Assembly (NCBI GenBank): GCA_041650335.1 | Contig: JBAZLK010000001.1 | Span: 228,940-292,939 of the forward strand | Reading direction: 5' to 3' | DNA: 64,000 nt | Source: Patescibacteria group bacterium | Lineage (GTDB): Bacteria; Patescibacteriota; Patescibacteriia; JAHIZJ01 | Shown: piece after piece, positions 52,742 to 61,611 of the stretch | How positions within the stretch are numbered: the stretch's first letter is position 1 | How the letters are laid out: every line of letters begins with the position of its first letter | Notes under the pieces: model-generated | Told to the model about the DNA's origin: nothing | The model's input: only the letters and a program-made list of their open reading frames with translations | The model's database searches: none | Position numbers and translations under genes: made by a program

Positions 52742-54202
52742 ATGTCGAAAGCTGTGACAAACGAAAAAACAACCAAGCAAAACACGATTACCACGCGCGC
52801 CGAAGACTATGCCCAGTGGTATCTTGATGTTATTGCGGCGGCTGACCTGGCGGAGCACAGTCCGGTAAAGGGGTGCATGGTTATTAAGCCCAACGGCTAT
52901 GCCATTTGGGAGCGCATCCAACAGCTGCTGGATGGCCGTTTCAAATCAACCGGTGTGCGTAACGCCTATTTTCCTTTATTTATCCCGGAACGCTTCCTTA
53001 AACGAGAAGGCGAGCATATCGAAGGTTTTGCTCCGGAGGTTGCAGTCGTAACGCAGGCTGGTGGAAAAAAACTGGAAGAACCGTTGATTGTGCGGCCGAC
53101 TTCGGAAACGATCATGTACGAGACCTTTCATAATTGGATTCATTCCTATCGCGACTTGCCATTGCTCATCAACCAGTGGTCAAACGCGGTTCGCTGGGAA
53201 TTACGAACACGGCTTTTTTTACGAACAACGGAATTCCTTTGGCAGGAGGGACACACTGTCCATGAAACAGAAGGAGAGGCTGATGAGCGGGCGCGTCAGA
53301 TGCTGGAGATCTACCGCGAAGTCGCTGAAAAGGAAATGGCCATGCCGGTCGTAACGGGTGTCAAGTCAGAATCAGAAAAATTTGCCGGCGCCCTGAGGAC
53401 TTATTCGGTTGAAGCGATGATGCAGGACGGTAAGGCGCTGCAGCTGGCAACTTCTCATAACCTTGGTCAGAATTTTTCTAAACCCTTTAAGATCCAATTC
53501 CTTGATCGGTCCAATAAACTCCAGTATGGCTGGCAGACGAGCTGGGGTTTGAGCACGCGGTCAATCGGCGGCTTGATCATGACGCACAGCGACGATCGCG
53601 GCTTAATCTTGCCTCCCCGGATCGCCCCTCTCCAGGTTGTCATAACGACCATATATTCGTCGAAGCCGGATCAGTCGGCGACGTCGCGGGCAGCGGAAAA
53701 ATTGAAGATGTCGCTGGCCGAAAAATCAATTCGGGCCCAGGTCGATGAACGGGATCTGCGTCCGGGCGAAAAGTTTTTCACCTGGGAGAAACAAGGCATT
53801 CCCGTCCGGATTGAGCTCGGCCCGAAAGATGTCCAGGCCCAAGAAGCGGTGATAGTCCGTCGGGACACCGGCGCGAAAACAAAAGCCGCTTTCCACGGTC
53901 TCGCGGACGTCGTCGATAAGTTGTTGACCACGATACAGGCTGACCTGTATCACCGGGCGCTCGCATTTCGACAGGAGCGGACAATCAGCACCGATTCGTG
54001 GAAGACGTTTACAGCGGCCATCGCAGCCGGGAAGTTCGTCGAAGCCTATTGGTCTGAGGAAGGGGATATTGAAGCCCAGATAAAGAGGGAAACGAACGCC
54101 ACCATACGCTGCATTTCTATTGACGGCCAGACCCGGCCAGGCAAGTGCGTAAAAACCGGCCGGCCGGCCAGTCGTAAAGGTATTTTTGCCCAATCGTATT
54201 AG
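52742..54202 (+). CDS. proS: Prolyl-tRNA synthetase, archaeal/eukaryotic-type (class IIa without INS editing domain)
   Basis: YAQWYLDVIAAADLAEHSPVKGCMVIKPNGYAIWERIQ, motif 2 FRQE.., motif 3 GG..GLS.R, C-terminal zinc-binding-like extension; 486 aa. Confidence 0.85.
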   Translation: MSKAVTNEKTTKQNTITTRAEDYAQWYLDVIAAADLAEHSPVKGCMVIKPNGYAIWERIQQLLDGRFKSTGVRNAYFPLFIPERFLKREGEHIEGFAPEVAVVTQAGGKKLEEPLIVRPTSETIMYETFHNWIHSYRDLPLLINQWSNAVRWELRTRLFLRTTEFLWQEGHTVHETEGEADERARQMLEIYREVAEKEMAMPVVTGVKSESEKFAGALRTYSVEAMMQDGKALQLATSHNLGQNFSKPFKIQFLDRSNKLQYGWQTSWGLSTRSIGGLIMTHSDDRGLILPPRIAPLQVVITTIYSSKPDQSATSRAAEKLKMSLAEKSIRAQVDERDLRPGEKFFTWEKQGIPVRIELGPKDVQAQEAVIVRRDTGAKTKAAFHGLADVVDKLLTTIQADLYHRALAFRQERTISTDSWKTFTAAIAAGKFVEAYWSEEGDIEAQIKRETNATIRCISIDGQTRPGKCVKTGRPASRKGIFAQSY

Positions 54203-54269
54203 CATCTCCGGATGGTTGCGAAAAGCTTTGACGACTAATTCATTGCAATCTCCGTTAGGATAAATTTCA

Positions 54270-54295
54270 TCCGATTATAAAAGGAGGCTGACCCC
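54270..54295 (+). terminator. Weak candidate terminator after proS
   Basis: aaaaggaggctgacccctctttttgc: short stem then a T-run. Confidence 0.35.
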
Positions 54296-54338
54296 TCTTT
54301 TTGCATTGAGTTGAAATGCGTCTGTTTCAAACAGAAAC

Positions 54339-54367
54339 TTGCGAAGATTGAAAAAATATGTTATAAT
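54339..54367 (+). promoter_or_regulatory. Sigma-70-like promoter (TTGCGA-17-TATAAT) preceded by a small palindrome
   Basis: acTTGCGAagattgaaaaaatatgtTATAATag about 35 nt before the ATG at 54403. The palindrome gtttcaaacagaaac overlaps the -35. Confidence 0.5.
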
Positions 54368-54402
54368 AGATAAGTGGAGTATAATAAATAAATATTCGAC
54401 CT

Positions 54403-54672
54403 ATGGCAGAACAACTCGAACAGCAATACAAGGACCTTCTTTCGGAAATTATCGCCAAACAGGCGATCATCCTCGGTCCGGACATTGCCGTGCTAAAAGC
54501 CCGAAGCGTGCCGGGTATTCAGGTAACGAATGATGGAAAGGTGACGGGGATAGACGGCGATCCTCAGCAGCTTATCCAGCAATTAGTCGATAAGTATGTC
54601 GACCTGTCGGGACAGATTGTAAAAAATGCGCTCGGCTCAGTTTTCGCTCGCTATCCAGGCATACAAAAATAG
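54403..54672 (+). CDS. Hypothetical small protein
   Basis: 89 aa, MAEQLEQQYKDLLSEIIAKQAIILGPDIAVLKARSVPGIQV...; downstream of a consensus-like promoter. Confidence 0.45.
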   Translation: MAEQLEQQYKDLLSEIIAKQAIILGPDIAVLKARSVPGIQVTNDGKVTGIDGDPQQLIQQLVDKYVDLSGQIVKNALGSVFARYPGIQK

Positions 54673-54708
54673 CTTTTATTAGCGTCTTTTTAACTGATAC
54701 CTAACCCT

Positions 54709-55029
54709 ATGGAGACTATTGTGCGATCAATTATTCTTTTTGTCGGTTGGCCGGTTCTCGTCGGCGGCAGTGTCTATCTTTTTGTGCGGGGCCGGGCGGT
54801 GTATCGGCTCGTGAAGGGCTCGCTCGTCGGTAAAGTAACGAAGGTGCTGGTCATTTCCATGCTCACTGGCATGTATTGTCTCGGCGTGGTGACGACCGTC
54901 TTAATGCTCAAGGACGAAAAAATGGTCTGGCTGGGCCTGCCCGTGTTTCTGATTTGGTTCGTAACGTTCGTCTGGAGCCTCCGCGTTCTCAATGAAGCGC
55001 AGCAAGAAGCGAAAAAGCTTACAAAATAA
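54709..55029 (+). CDS. Hypothetical 3-TM membrane protein
   Basis: METIVRSIILFVGWPVLVGGSVYLFV... Confidence 0.45.
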   Translation: METIVRSIILFVGWPVLVGGSVYLFVRGRAVYRLVKGSLVGKVTKVLVISMLTGMYCLGVVTTVLMLKDEKMVWLGLPVFLIWFVTFVWSLRVLNEAQQEAKKLTK

Positions 55030-55091
55030 TCCAAGCGAGCGGGATAAGGACGTTGTCATAAACAACGGTTGCGGCCGTTGAGGTACGTACT

Positions 55092-56846
55092 ATGAATTTC
55101 GCATCTATTATTATTGGACTCCTGGGCATTACCGCGCTTGTTTTTGGAGTCTTTTTTTGCCGGCATTTTTATCGTCAGCGTAAAATCTTGGAAGATAAGG
55201 CGCGCCACATGGAACGGCGCATGTTTGAATTGTCGATCTTAAAAGAGCTCGGCGACCGGATCGGCTACTCGCTCAATGTTCAGAACATCGTTGACATTAT
55301 TACCGGTTCGCTCCACCAGTTTATCGAGTACAGTGCTGTTTCGTACATGCTCCTGGAGCCGGAGAAACTCATCTTCAAAGTTCATCTTGAGAAGTCGGTC
55401 TCCCGAAAATTTATCAACGACATAAAGGATCGGATGCAAAAATCGCTCTCCGCCCTGCTGAACAAAGACATGCAAAAGATGACGGTCGAAGAAGTCTTGT
55501 CGGGCGCGATCGTCGTCGACGAAACTGACGCGCCGGTACAGTCGTTTTTTAACATTCCGCTGGTCATCGGCGAAAAGGTCGTCGGTGTTCTGACCGTCGC
55601 GCACACGATAGCGGGTTTGTACAAGGAAGAAGAGACTACCATTCTCTATAAAATAACTCGGCAGGCTTCTCAGGCCGTGACGCGGTTGCAGGAGGTCATC
55701 ACGATCGAGCAGCGAAAATTGAACGCCATGGTGGCGAGCATGACCGAGGGGGTTGTGATGACTGATCGCGATTATCGCGTCGTCGTGGTGAATCCGGTAG
55801 CCCGGCAGATCATCGGCCTCACTGACCGCCAGGAGGTAACCATTTTTGATTTTATCGACCGTCTCGGCGGCAAGTTTGATATTCGCGGACGGCTCGAGGA
55901 AAGCGTCAAGCTTGATAAAACGTTGTTGGCTGACGACGTGATTATTGGGGATCGCTCATTTCAGATTTTCGTCTCGCCGGTCAAAGGGACGATCGGTTTA
56001 AATGCCAGCGCGGTCTTGGGCGGCGTGGTGATTTTCCACGATATCACCCATGATAAGGAATTAGAAAAACTCCGCGAGGACTTCACCTCCATGATGGTTC
56101 ATGAGCTCCGGTCACCGCTGGCAGCGATTAAAATGATGACGCAATACCTCGATAAGAAGAAAACAGCCAAAGACCAAAAAACCCAAGGCCAGTATAATCA
56201 GCTGATTCAAAAAAACGCAGTCAGCATGCTCAATCTGGTCAACGACCTGCTCGATGTGGCAAAGCTCGAATCCGGTCGGTTTGAGGTCCACCTCGAGCCG
56301 ATGAATATTGCCACCACAATAAAGGATAAAGCCGCTTTCTATGAGCCGTTAGCCAAGAATCGGGAAATCGATCTCCAGGTTCAGCTGGCCGCAAATTTGC
56401 CAGAAGAAATCAATGGCGACACCGTTCGGATCGGTCAGGTGCTCGGTAATTTAATTTCAAATTCTCTCAAATATACGCATGGCGGCGGGACGGTAACAAT
56501 CCAATGTTTCGTTCATAAAAAAGGACGGTCCTGGAGCGAAGAAGCGGCGCATGAAAATATCCATTGGTTCCTGCCGGCAAAAAACGATCCGAAACTTCAA
56601 GCCGTCCCGGACACGGTCGTCGTGGCGATTACCGATACCGGCGATGGCATTGCCGCGGTAAATATCCCTCAGCTGTTTAACAAATTCGTCCAGTTCCGGT
56701 CTCGGGCCACGGACGAAGAAGGCCAGAAGGGAACCGGGCTTGGTTTAGTTATTGCCAAGGGAATTGTCGAGGCGCATAATGGAACCATCGGCGTTGCTTC
56801 CGAGGAAAGCCATGGGAGTACGTTTTATTTCACGTTACCAATGTGA
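55092..56846 (+). CDS. Sensor histidine kinase (TM, GAF-like, PAS-like, HisKA, HATPase_c)
   Basis: H-box MVHELRSPLAAIKMM; N, G1 (DTGDGI) and G2 (GTGLGLVIAKGIVEAHNGTIGV) boxes; N-terminal TM. Confidence 0.85.
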   Translation: MNFASIIIGLLGITALVFGVFFCRHFYRQRKILEDKARHMERRMFELSILKELGDRIGYSLNVQNIVDIITGSLHQFIEYSAVSYMLLEPEKLIFKVHLEKSVSRKFINDIKDRMQKSLSALLNKDMQKMTVEEVLSGAIVVDETDAPVQSFFNIPLVIGEKVVGVLTVAHTIAGLYKEEETTILYKITRQASQAVTRLQEVITIEQRKLNAMVASMTEGVVMTDRDYRVVVVNPVARQIIGLTDRQEVTIFDFIDRLGGKFDIRGRLEESVKLDKTLLADDVIIGDRSFQIFVSPVKGTIGLNASAVLGGVVIFHDITHDKELEKLREDFTSMMVHELRSPLAAIKMMTQYLDKKKTAKDQKTQGQYNQLIQKNAVSMLNLVNDLLDVAKLESGRFEVHLEPMNIATTIKDKAAFYEPLAKNREIDLQVQLAANLPEEINGDTVRIGQVLGNLISNSLKYTHGGGTVTIQCFVHKKGRSWSEEAAHENIHWFLPAKNDPKLQAVPDTVVVAITDTGDGIAAVNIPQLFNKFVQFRSRATDEEGQKGTGLGLVIAKGIVEAHNGTIGVASEESHGSTFYFTLPM

Positions 56847-56868
56847 ATAAAAAAAGAGTATACTAAAC

Positions 56869-57378
56869 ATGAATATTATGAAAAAAACACCCGCGAACGC
56901 ACAGGCCGAGGACTACCGATCGCATTCAGTGCTCGTTGCCGATGATAATATCGCCACGCTCGAAGTCCTTACTGACGCGCTGAAGGATGCCGGCTTCATG
57001 GTCTATGCGGCCAAGGACGGCAGGGAAGCGCTCGAGCTGGCGTTGAAGAAACATCCCGATATCATCCTGCTGGACATTCAGATGCCGAAGATGGACGGCA
57101 TCAGCATGTTAACCGAGCTGCGCAAAGATCGCTGGGGGCGATATGCGATGGTAATTCTATTGACGCATTTACCGGGCTCAGATCGGGTCGCCAGGGCAAT
57201 ACAGCTGGGCGCCTTTGACTATCTCCAAAAAGCGAACTGGGATCTTGATTCAATCGTTGATCAGGTAAAGAAACGCATTGCGCTCAAAGTAGAGGCAGAA
57301 AAGAGAAAAACCAAATATAAACTCAAGCCCATACCGGCGTCAAAGAAAGAAATGGTTCAACGCCGAAAGATATCGTAA
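56869..57378 (+). CDS. Response regulator, receiver domain only, with Lys-rich C-terminal tail
   Basis: VLVADDN...DIILLDIQMPKMDG carries the phospho-acceptor Asp context, ...LLTHLPG. No output domain; the tail is KKRIALKVEAEKRKTKYKLKPIPASKKE. Confidence 0.8.
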   Translation: MNIMKKTPANAQAEDYRSHSVLVADDNIATLEVLTDALKDAGFMVYAAKDGREALELALKKHPDIILLDIQMPKMDGISMLTELRKDRWGRYAMVILLTHLPGSDRVARAIQLGAFDYLQKANWDLDSIVDQVKKRIALKVEAEKRKTKYKLKPIPASKKEMVQRRKIS

Positions 57379-57441
57379 GCCATAATTCCTCACCCGTAAC
57401 ATTATTCTCCTATGCGGACTACAATAAATCGAAGGCGGTCG

Positions 57442-57738
57442 ATGCAAAAGCTTTTCGCCAAAATATTTTACTGGGCTGGCACACTGCTGTTTATTGGCGT
57501 CGTGGTAATAGCGGTGATATTAAAAAAGGCTGTCGATCTGCCGCTGACGCCGGCGCTACAAAATTCCTTGATCGTTCTATTAGGCGTGAGCACGGCCGCT
57601 CTGTGTCTGGGCATAGTGAATTTTTCAGTGTATTTTATTCGCCACGGCGCACTTGCGCCTGAGGAAGTGAGGATCCCCAGAAAATATTATTTGGTGATAG
57701 TTATCTTTCTCGCGCTACTCGGTTTGTCAGCCATTTGA
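57442..57738 (+). CDS. Hypothetical 3-TM membrane protein
   Basis: MQKLFAKIFYWAGTLLFIGVVVIAVIL...; the ORF extends to 57412. Confidence 0.4.
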   Translation: MQKLFAKIFYWAGTLLFIGVVVIAVILKKAVDLPLTPALQNSLIVLLGVSTAALCLGIVNFSVYFIRHGALAPEEVRIPRKYYLVIVIFLALLGLSAI

Positions 57739-57764
57739 TCATACAACAGGCCATTTCATAGGCA

Positions 57765-57795
57765 AAAAGCCATCCTAATGCGGATGGTTTTTTGC
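57765..57795 (+). terminator. Rho-independent terminator
   Basis: aaaaagccatcctaatgcggatggttttttgc. Confidence 0.75.
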
Positions 57796-57896
57796 TAACT
57801 TGACATTTTCAGCGGTTATTGTAGGATGTCCATTGTTGTACCCAGGCCGAGGTTTTCGGCCACGACGCACACCCAGACAGGGAGGAGGGTCAGAAC

Positions 57897-58277
57897 ATGG
57901 CCATTCGGGTCGCGACGGTGAAAGCGGTGGACTTCCAGGAGGGCATGACGGCGGAGCAGGTACTGGCGGCGGCCGGCGTGGAGTTCGATCTGGAGACCCA
58001 GCGCCTGGTGAGCGCGAAGGACGGCGAGATCAAGCCGGATGCGATCATCCAGGACGGCGACATCGTCAACGTCGAGCCGATCAGCAAGGGTCCCGCCGAG
58101 ACGGTGATCGACGAGACCGACGCGGGCAAGAAGCCGGGTGCCGAGACGGTGATCGACGAGACCGACGCGGGCAAGAAGCCGGGTGCCGAGACGGTCGTCG
58201 GCGAGGCTGGCGCGGGCGGCGGAGGCGGCGAGGCCGTCCAGGCTGCGGCTGGCGGAGCCGGGGCTGCGAAGGAGTAG
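57897..58277 (+). CDS. GC-rich small protein: beta-grasp-like N-terminal domain plus tandem 15-aa repeats (AETVIDETDAGKKPG x2, one degenerate) and Gly/Ala tail
   Basis: ~66% GC; RBS ggaggagggtcagaacATG; 45 bp unit gccgagacggtgatcgacgagaccgacgcgggcaagaagccgggt perfectly repeated at 58095-58139 and 58140-58184, third copy diverged. The overlapping frame 57800..58324 is Arg-rich nonsense. Confidence 0.55.
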   Translation: MAIRVATVKAVDFQEGMTAEQVLAAAGVEFDLETQRLVSAKDGEIKPDAIIQDGDIVNVEPISKGPAETVIDETDAGKKPGAETVIDETDAGKKPGAETVVGEAGAGGGGGEAVQAAAGGAGAAKE

Positions 58278-58310
58278 CGGCTAGTCGTCTGATCGACGGC
58301 TGGACCGTGG

Positions 58311-58341
58311 CGGGGCTTGTTTGAAGAGCCCCGTTTTTTCT
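58311..58341 (+). terminator. Rho-independent terminator
   Basis: cggggcttgtttgaagagccccgttttttc. Confidence 0.75.
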
Positions 58342-58386
58342 TAGCGGTTGTTTGCGGTAAAGGACATCGCGTGATATACTGAAACC

Positions 58387-58527
58387 ATGAAAAAGCAAAT
58401 TATTATTTTAGCCATTGTAGCGGTCGTAGCAATTTTAGTCTTCTTTTGGCTGACGTCGATTCGTAAAAATCTGGAAAAAACCGCTTATCATCAAATAAAA
58501 GCCGTGGCTGCGGTCGTGGAAATCTAA
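58387..58527 (+). CDS. Possible 46-aa single-TM micro-protein (not in ORF track)
   Basis: MKKQIIILAIVAVVAILVFFWLTSIRKNLEKTAYHQIKAVAAVVEI; ATG 6 nt after gaaacc. Speculative. Confidence 0.25.
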   Translation: MKKQIIILAIVAVVAILVFFWLTSIRKNLEKTAYHQIKAVAAVVEI

Positions 58528-58539
58528 CCAGCTACGTTA

Positions 58540-58761
58540 GTGAATCATATGGAGCATAAACCACGTACAGATCTTATTAAAAGTGGGGTTACGTTTGAGG
58601 AAGAATTTGTTAATGTCTTGGCGCGCCGGATTGCTGAAACAAGAGAGTTTGGGGAATTAGACGAAGAAAAAAAAGACAAGATAATAAATATCCTTGATAT
58701 TCTGTTGAATGAGTCGGTCCGCCACGGAAAACTGTTACAAAATATACTGGATAAATACTAG
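58540..58761 (+). CDS. Half-ferritin-like helix-pair protein (E...ExxH), first of an adjacent pair
   Basis: FEEEFVNVLARRIAE...ILDILLNESVRHGKLL gives one Glu plus one E-x2-H per ~70 aa, as in one half of a ferritin-like diiron four-helix bundle. Confidence 0.35.
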   Translation: MNHMEHKPRTDLIKSGVTFEEEFVNVLARRIAETREFGELDEEKKDKIINILDILLNESVRHGKLLQNILDKY

Positions 58762-58766
58762 GACAT

Positions 58767-58964
58767 ATGAATGATTATCGGACAACACTCATCAGAGAAT
58801 TTGCCGAATTGAAAGAGATGGAGTTGAATGCCGGGGGTCTTTATCAATCAATTTTGCCAAGCATATCTGATCCGGCCGACCTGAAGATTTTAGAGGGGAT
58901 TATTGCCGATGAGAATCGGCACGCAGCGATGGTTCAGGGGATTATCAATATTCTGGAGGCTTAA
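58767..58964 (+). CDS. Half-ferritin-like helix-pair protein, second of pair
   Basis: LIREFAELKEMELNAGGLYQ...LEGIIADENRHAAMVQGIINIL resembles the second helix pair of bacterioferritin (…ILRDEEGHIDWLE…). 5 nt gap after the upstream partner. Confidence 0.35.
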   Translation: MNDYRTTLIREFAELKEMELNAGGLYQSILPSISDPADLKILEGIIADENRHAAMVQGIINILEA

Positions 58965-59103
58965 TCCGGCATCGGGGAACGGCGAGGGGTAGGCAAAGGG
59001 TTATTATTCCCTGGGCGTACGGCTTGACATCGCGCCAAAATCCGATATACTCATGAAGTCCCAGGTCGGGCTGCCCCGGCGTTTTTTTTACCGCCATACC
59101 ACA

Positions 59104-60918
59104 ATGAATATTCGCAATGTCGCCATTATCGCTCACGTCGATCATGGCAAAACAACACTTGTCGACGCGCTCTTGCGCCAATCAAAAACCTGGCTGAATA
59201 AAGAAGTCGCCGGGACTGATTTGATTATGGATTCGAATGACCTGGAGCGTGAGCGCGGGATTACCATTTTTTCAAAAAACGCATCGGTTGTCTGGCGGGG
59301 CATTAAGATTAATATTATTGATACACCCGGTCACGCCGATTTCGGCGGCGAAGTGGAGCGGGTGTTAAACATGGCTGACGGTTGCTTACTGCTCGTCGAC
59401 GCGAAAGAAGGGCCGATGCCGCAAACGCGCTTTGTTCTGAAAAAAGCCCTGGCCATGGGTCTGCGGATCATCGTGGTCGTGAACAAGATCGATAAACCCG
59501 ATGCCCGTCCAGCCGAAGTGCTTGATCGGACGTTTGACCTGTTTGTCGAGTTGGGCGCGGATGACCGGACGCTCGATTTTCCCGTGCTCTACGCCTCGGC
59601 GAAAGAGGGCCGGGCTGGTCTCACGGCAGAGCTGGCCAGTTTGACCGATATCACCCCGATTTTTGACGCCATCCTCAATGAAATACCGGCGCCGACTGGC
59701 GATCCCGCCAAACCGCTGCAGCTGCTGATCACTTCAATCGGCGCTGATGCGTACAAAGGCCGGATAGCGACTGGTCGCATCGCTCAGGGAGTGATTCGGT
59801 CAGGTGACACGATTACCCATATCAGCCGGTCAGGGATTCAAAAGAAATACCGCCTTGTTTCGCTCATGACGTATACCGGCCTTGAACGCGTCGATGTGAC
59901 CGAGGCCTCGGCCGGCGATATTGTCGCTCTGGCCGGCATTCCCGACGTGACGATCGGCGAAACGATCGCGGATGACGAAAATCCGATCGCACTGCCACTG
60001 CTCGATATTGAAGAGCCGACCGTAAAAATAACGCTGCGCGTGAATGATTCGCCGTTTGCCGGCCGGGAGGGACAGTATTGCACCTCGCGGCAGATTAACG
60101 AGCGCTTGGAAAAGGAGCTAGAAACGGATTTAGCCCTCCGAGTGGAAGACAGCCCCTCGGGCGGCTGGGCAGTGTCCGGTCGGGGTGAATTACACCTTGC
60201 CATTTTGATTGAACGGCTCCGGCGCGAGGGCTATGAACTGCAGGTTTCCCGGCCGCACGTGATTCTTCGGACGGTTGACGGCGTTGTTCAGGCGCCATTC
60301 GAGCGCGTTTTTGTCGAAGTGCCTGAGCCTCACAGCGGCGCTGTTATCCAAAAACTGGGCAGTCGGGGCGGGGAAATGCACGATTTCCAAACCCGCGAGG
60401 GCATCAGTTATTTGGAATTTGTCATTCCCACCCGAGGCCTCTTTGGTTTCCGGAGTGAATTTCTGACGGATACGCGCGGTCTCGGCATCATGAATACCCT
60501 GTTTGAGGGCTATTTTCCTGATCCGGGCAACTGGCATGAGCGCGAACAGGGCTCACTTGTCGCCCACGAAAGCGGTGTTTCAAATCTTTACGGATTACTC
60601 AACGTCCAGGACCGCGGCACGTTTTTCATCGGTCCGGGCGTCGAGGTGTATAAAGGCCAGGTTGTGGGGCAAAATTCGCGCGAGGATGATATTCACGTAA
60701 ATGTTTGTAAAACAAAGCAGCTTTCAAATATGCGTTCGAAGGGCGACGGTAGCGCCGAACATTTCAATCGGCCAAAGGAAATGGGCCTCGAGGATGCCCT
60801 GGAGTATATCAGTGACGATGAATTAGTCGAAGTCACGCCGAAATCGATCCGGATACGAAAAAAAACCTTAGACCAGGCAATCGCGAAAAAGCTCGCCCGC
60901 GAGGGAAAGGGCGCGTAA
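59104..60918 (+). CDS. typA: Translational GTPase TypA/BipA
   Basis: MNIRNVAIIAHVDHGKTTLVDALL, DTPGHADF, NKIDK; EF-G-like domain order. Confidence 0.9.
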   Translation: MNIRNVAIIAHVDHGKTTLVDALLRQSKTWLNKEVAGTDLIMDSNDLERERGITIFSKNASVVWRGIKINIIDTPGHADFGGEVERVLNMADGCLLLVDAKEGPMPQTRFVLKKALAMGLRIIVVVNKIDKPDARPAEVLDRTFDLFVELGADDRTLDFPVLYASAKEGRAGLTAELASLTDITPIFDAILNEIPAPTGDPAKPLQLLITSIGADAYKGRIATGRIAQGVIRSGDTITHISRSGIQKKYRLVSLMTYTGLERVDVTEASAGDIVALAGIPDVTIGETIADDENPIALPLLDIEEPTVKITLRVNDSPFAGREGQYCTSRQINERLEKELETDLALRVEDSPSGGWAVSGRGELHLAILIERLRREGYELQVSRPHVILRTVDGVVQAPFERVFVEVPEPHSGAVIQKLGSRGGEMHDFQTREGISYLEFVIPTRGLFGFRSEFLTDTRGLGIMNTLFEGYFPDPGNWHEREQGSLVAHESGVSNLYGLLNVQDRGTFFIGPGVEVYKGQVVGQNSREDDIHVNVCKTKQLSNMRSKGDGSAEHFNRPKEMGLEDALEYISDDELVEVTPKSIRIRKKTLDQAIAKKLAREGKGA

Positions 60919-60961
60919 GCCGGTTTTTGACAGACCGCTACGTGCACGGTAGTCTTAGGAG

Positions 60962-61606
60962 GTGACAAATATCTTTGCCGTCTATAAGCCTGTCGGTCCG
61001 ACCTCGAACGACATCCTTGAGGATATCCGTCGTCGCACCGGCATAAAAAAAGTCGGCCACGCTGGCACACTCGATCCGCTCGCCAGCGGCGTTTTGGTTG
61101 TGGCCATCGGCCGCAACGCGACGAAGCGACTTTCGGCAGAGGTGGCCAAGGAGAAAGAATACCTTGCCGCTATCCGGCTCGGCGAGGAAAGCACGACCGA
61201 CGACGCGGAGGGCGAAAAAACGAAACAGGCAATTGAAACACCGCCGAGTCGTGAGCAGATTCAAGAAATTTTGCCACAATTTGTCGGTCAGATCGAGCAG
61301 ATGCCGCCGAAATATAGCGCCGTAAAGATCAAGGGACGGGAAGCCTATAAATACGCCCGTCAGAATCAAGCCGTTATCTTGGAGCCGAGAATGGTCACGG
61401 TAAAAGAAATTACGTTGGTTTCATATGCCTGGCCGGACGTCGTCTTGCGCGTCGTCACCGGACCGGGCGTCTACATCCGTTCCCTGGCCAGGGATCTCGG
61501 TCGGGCCCTCGGTGTCGGTGGCTATATTTTCGCTTTGGAGCGGACGCGGGTGGGGGAGTTTACGAAAGATCAGTGCGTCAATCCCGATCAAATAACGGTA
61601 CGATAA
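60962..61606 (+). CDS. truB: tRNA pseudouridine(55) synthase
   Basis: KPVGPTSNDILEDIRRRTGIKKVGHAGTLDPLASGVLVVAIG carries the catalytic Asp in GTLDP; 214 aa (short, no PUA domain). Confidence 0.85.
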   Translation: MTNIFAVYKPVGPTSNDILEDIRRRTGIKKVGHAGTLDPLASGVLVVAIGRNATKRLSAEVAKEKEYLAAIRLGEESTTDDAEGEKTKQAIETPPSREQIQEILPQFVGQIEQMPPKYSAVKIKGREAYKYARQNQAVILEPRMVTVKEITLVSYAWPDVVLRVVTGPGVYIRSLARDLGRALGVGGYIFALERTRVGEFTKDQCVNPDQITVR

Positions 61607-61611
61607 TACAG

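Noticed and set aside
58088-58200. Tandem 45-bp repeat considered as a possible CRISPR-like array.
   Set aside because: It has only 2-3 contiguous copies with no spacers, and it is in frame inside a CDS. It is not a CRISPR.
57800-58324. 174-aa Arg/Gly-rich ORF overlapping the repeat protein.
   Set aside because: It is a low-complexity off-frame read of the 45-bp tandem repeat. The 57897 frame has an RBS and a sensible domain plus repeat organisation.
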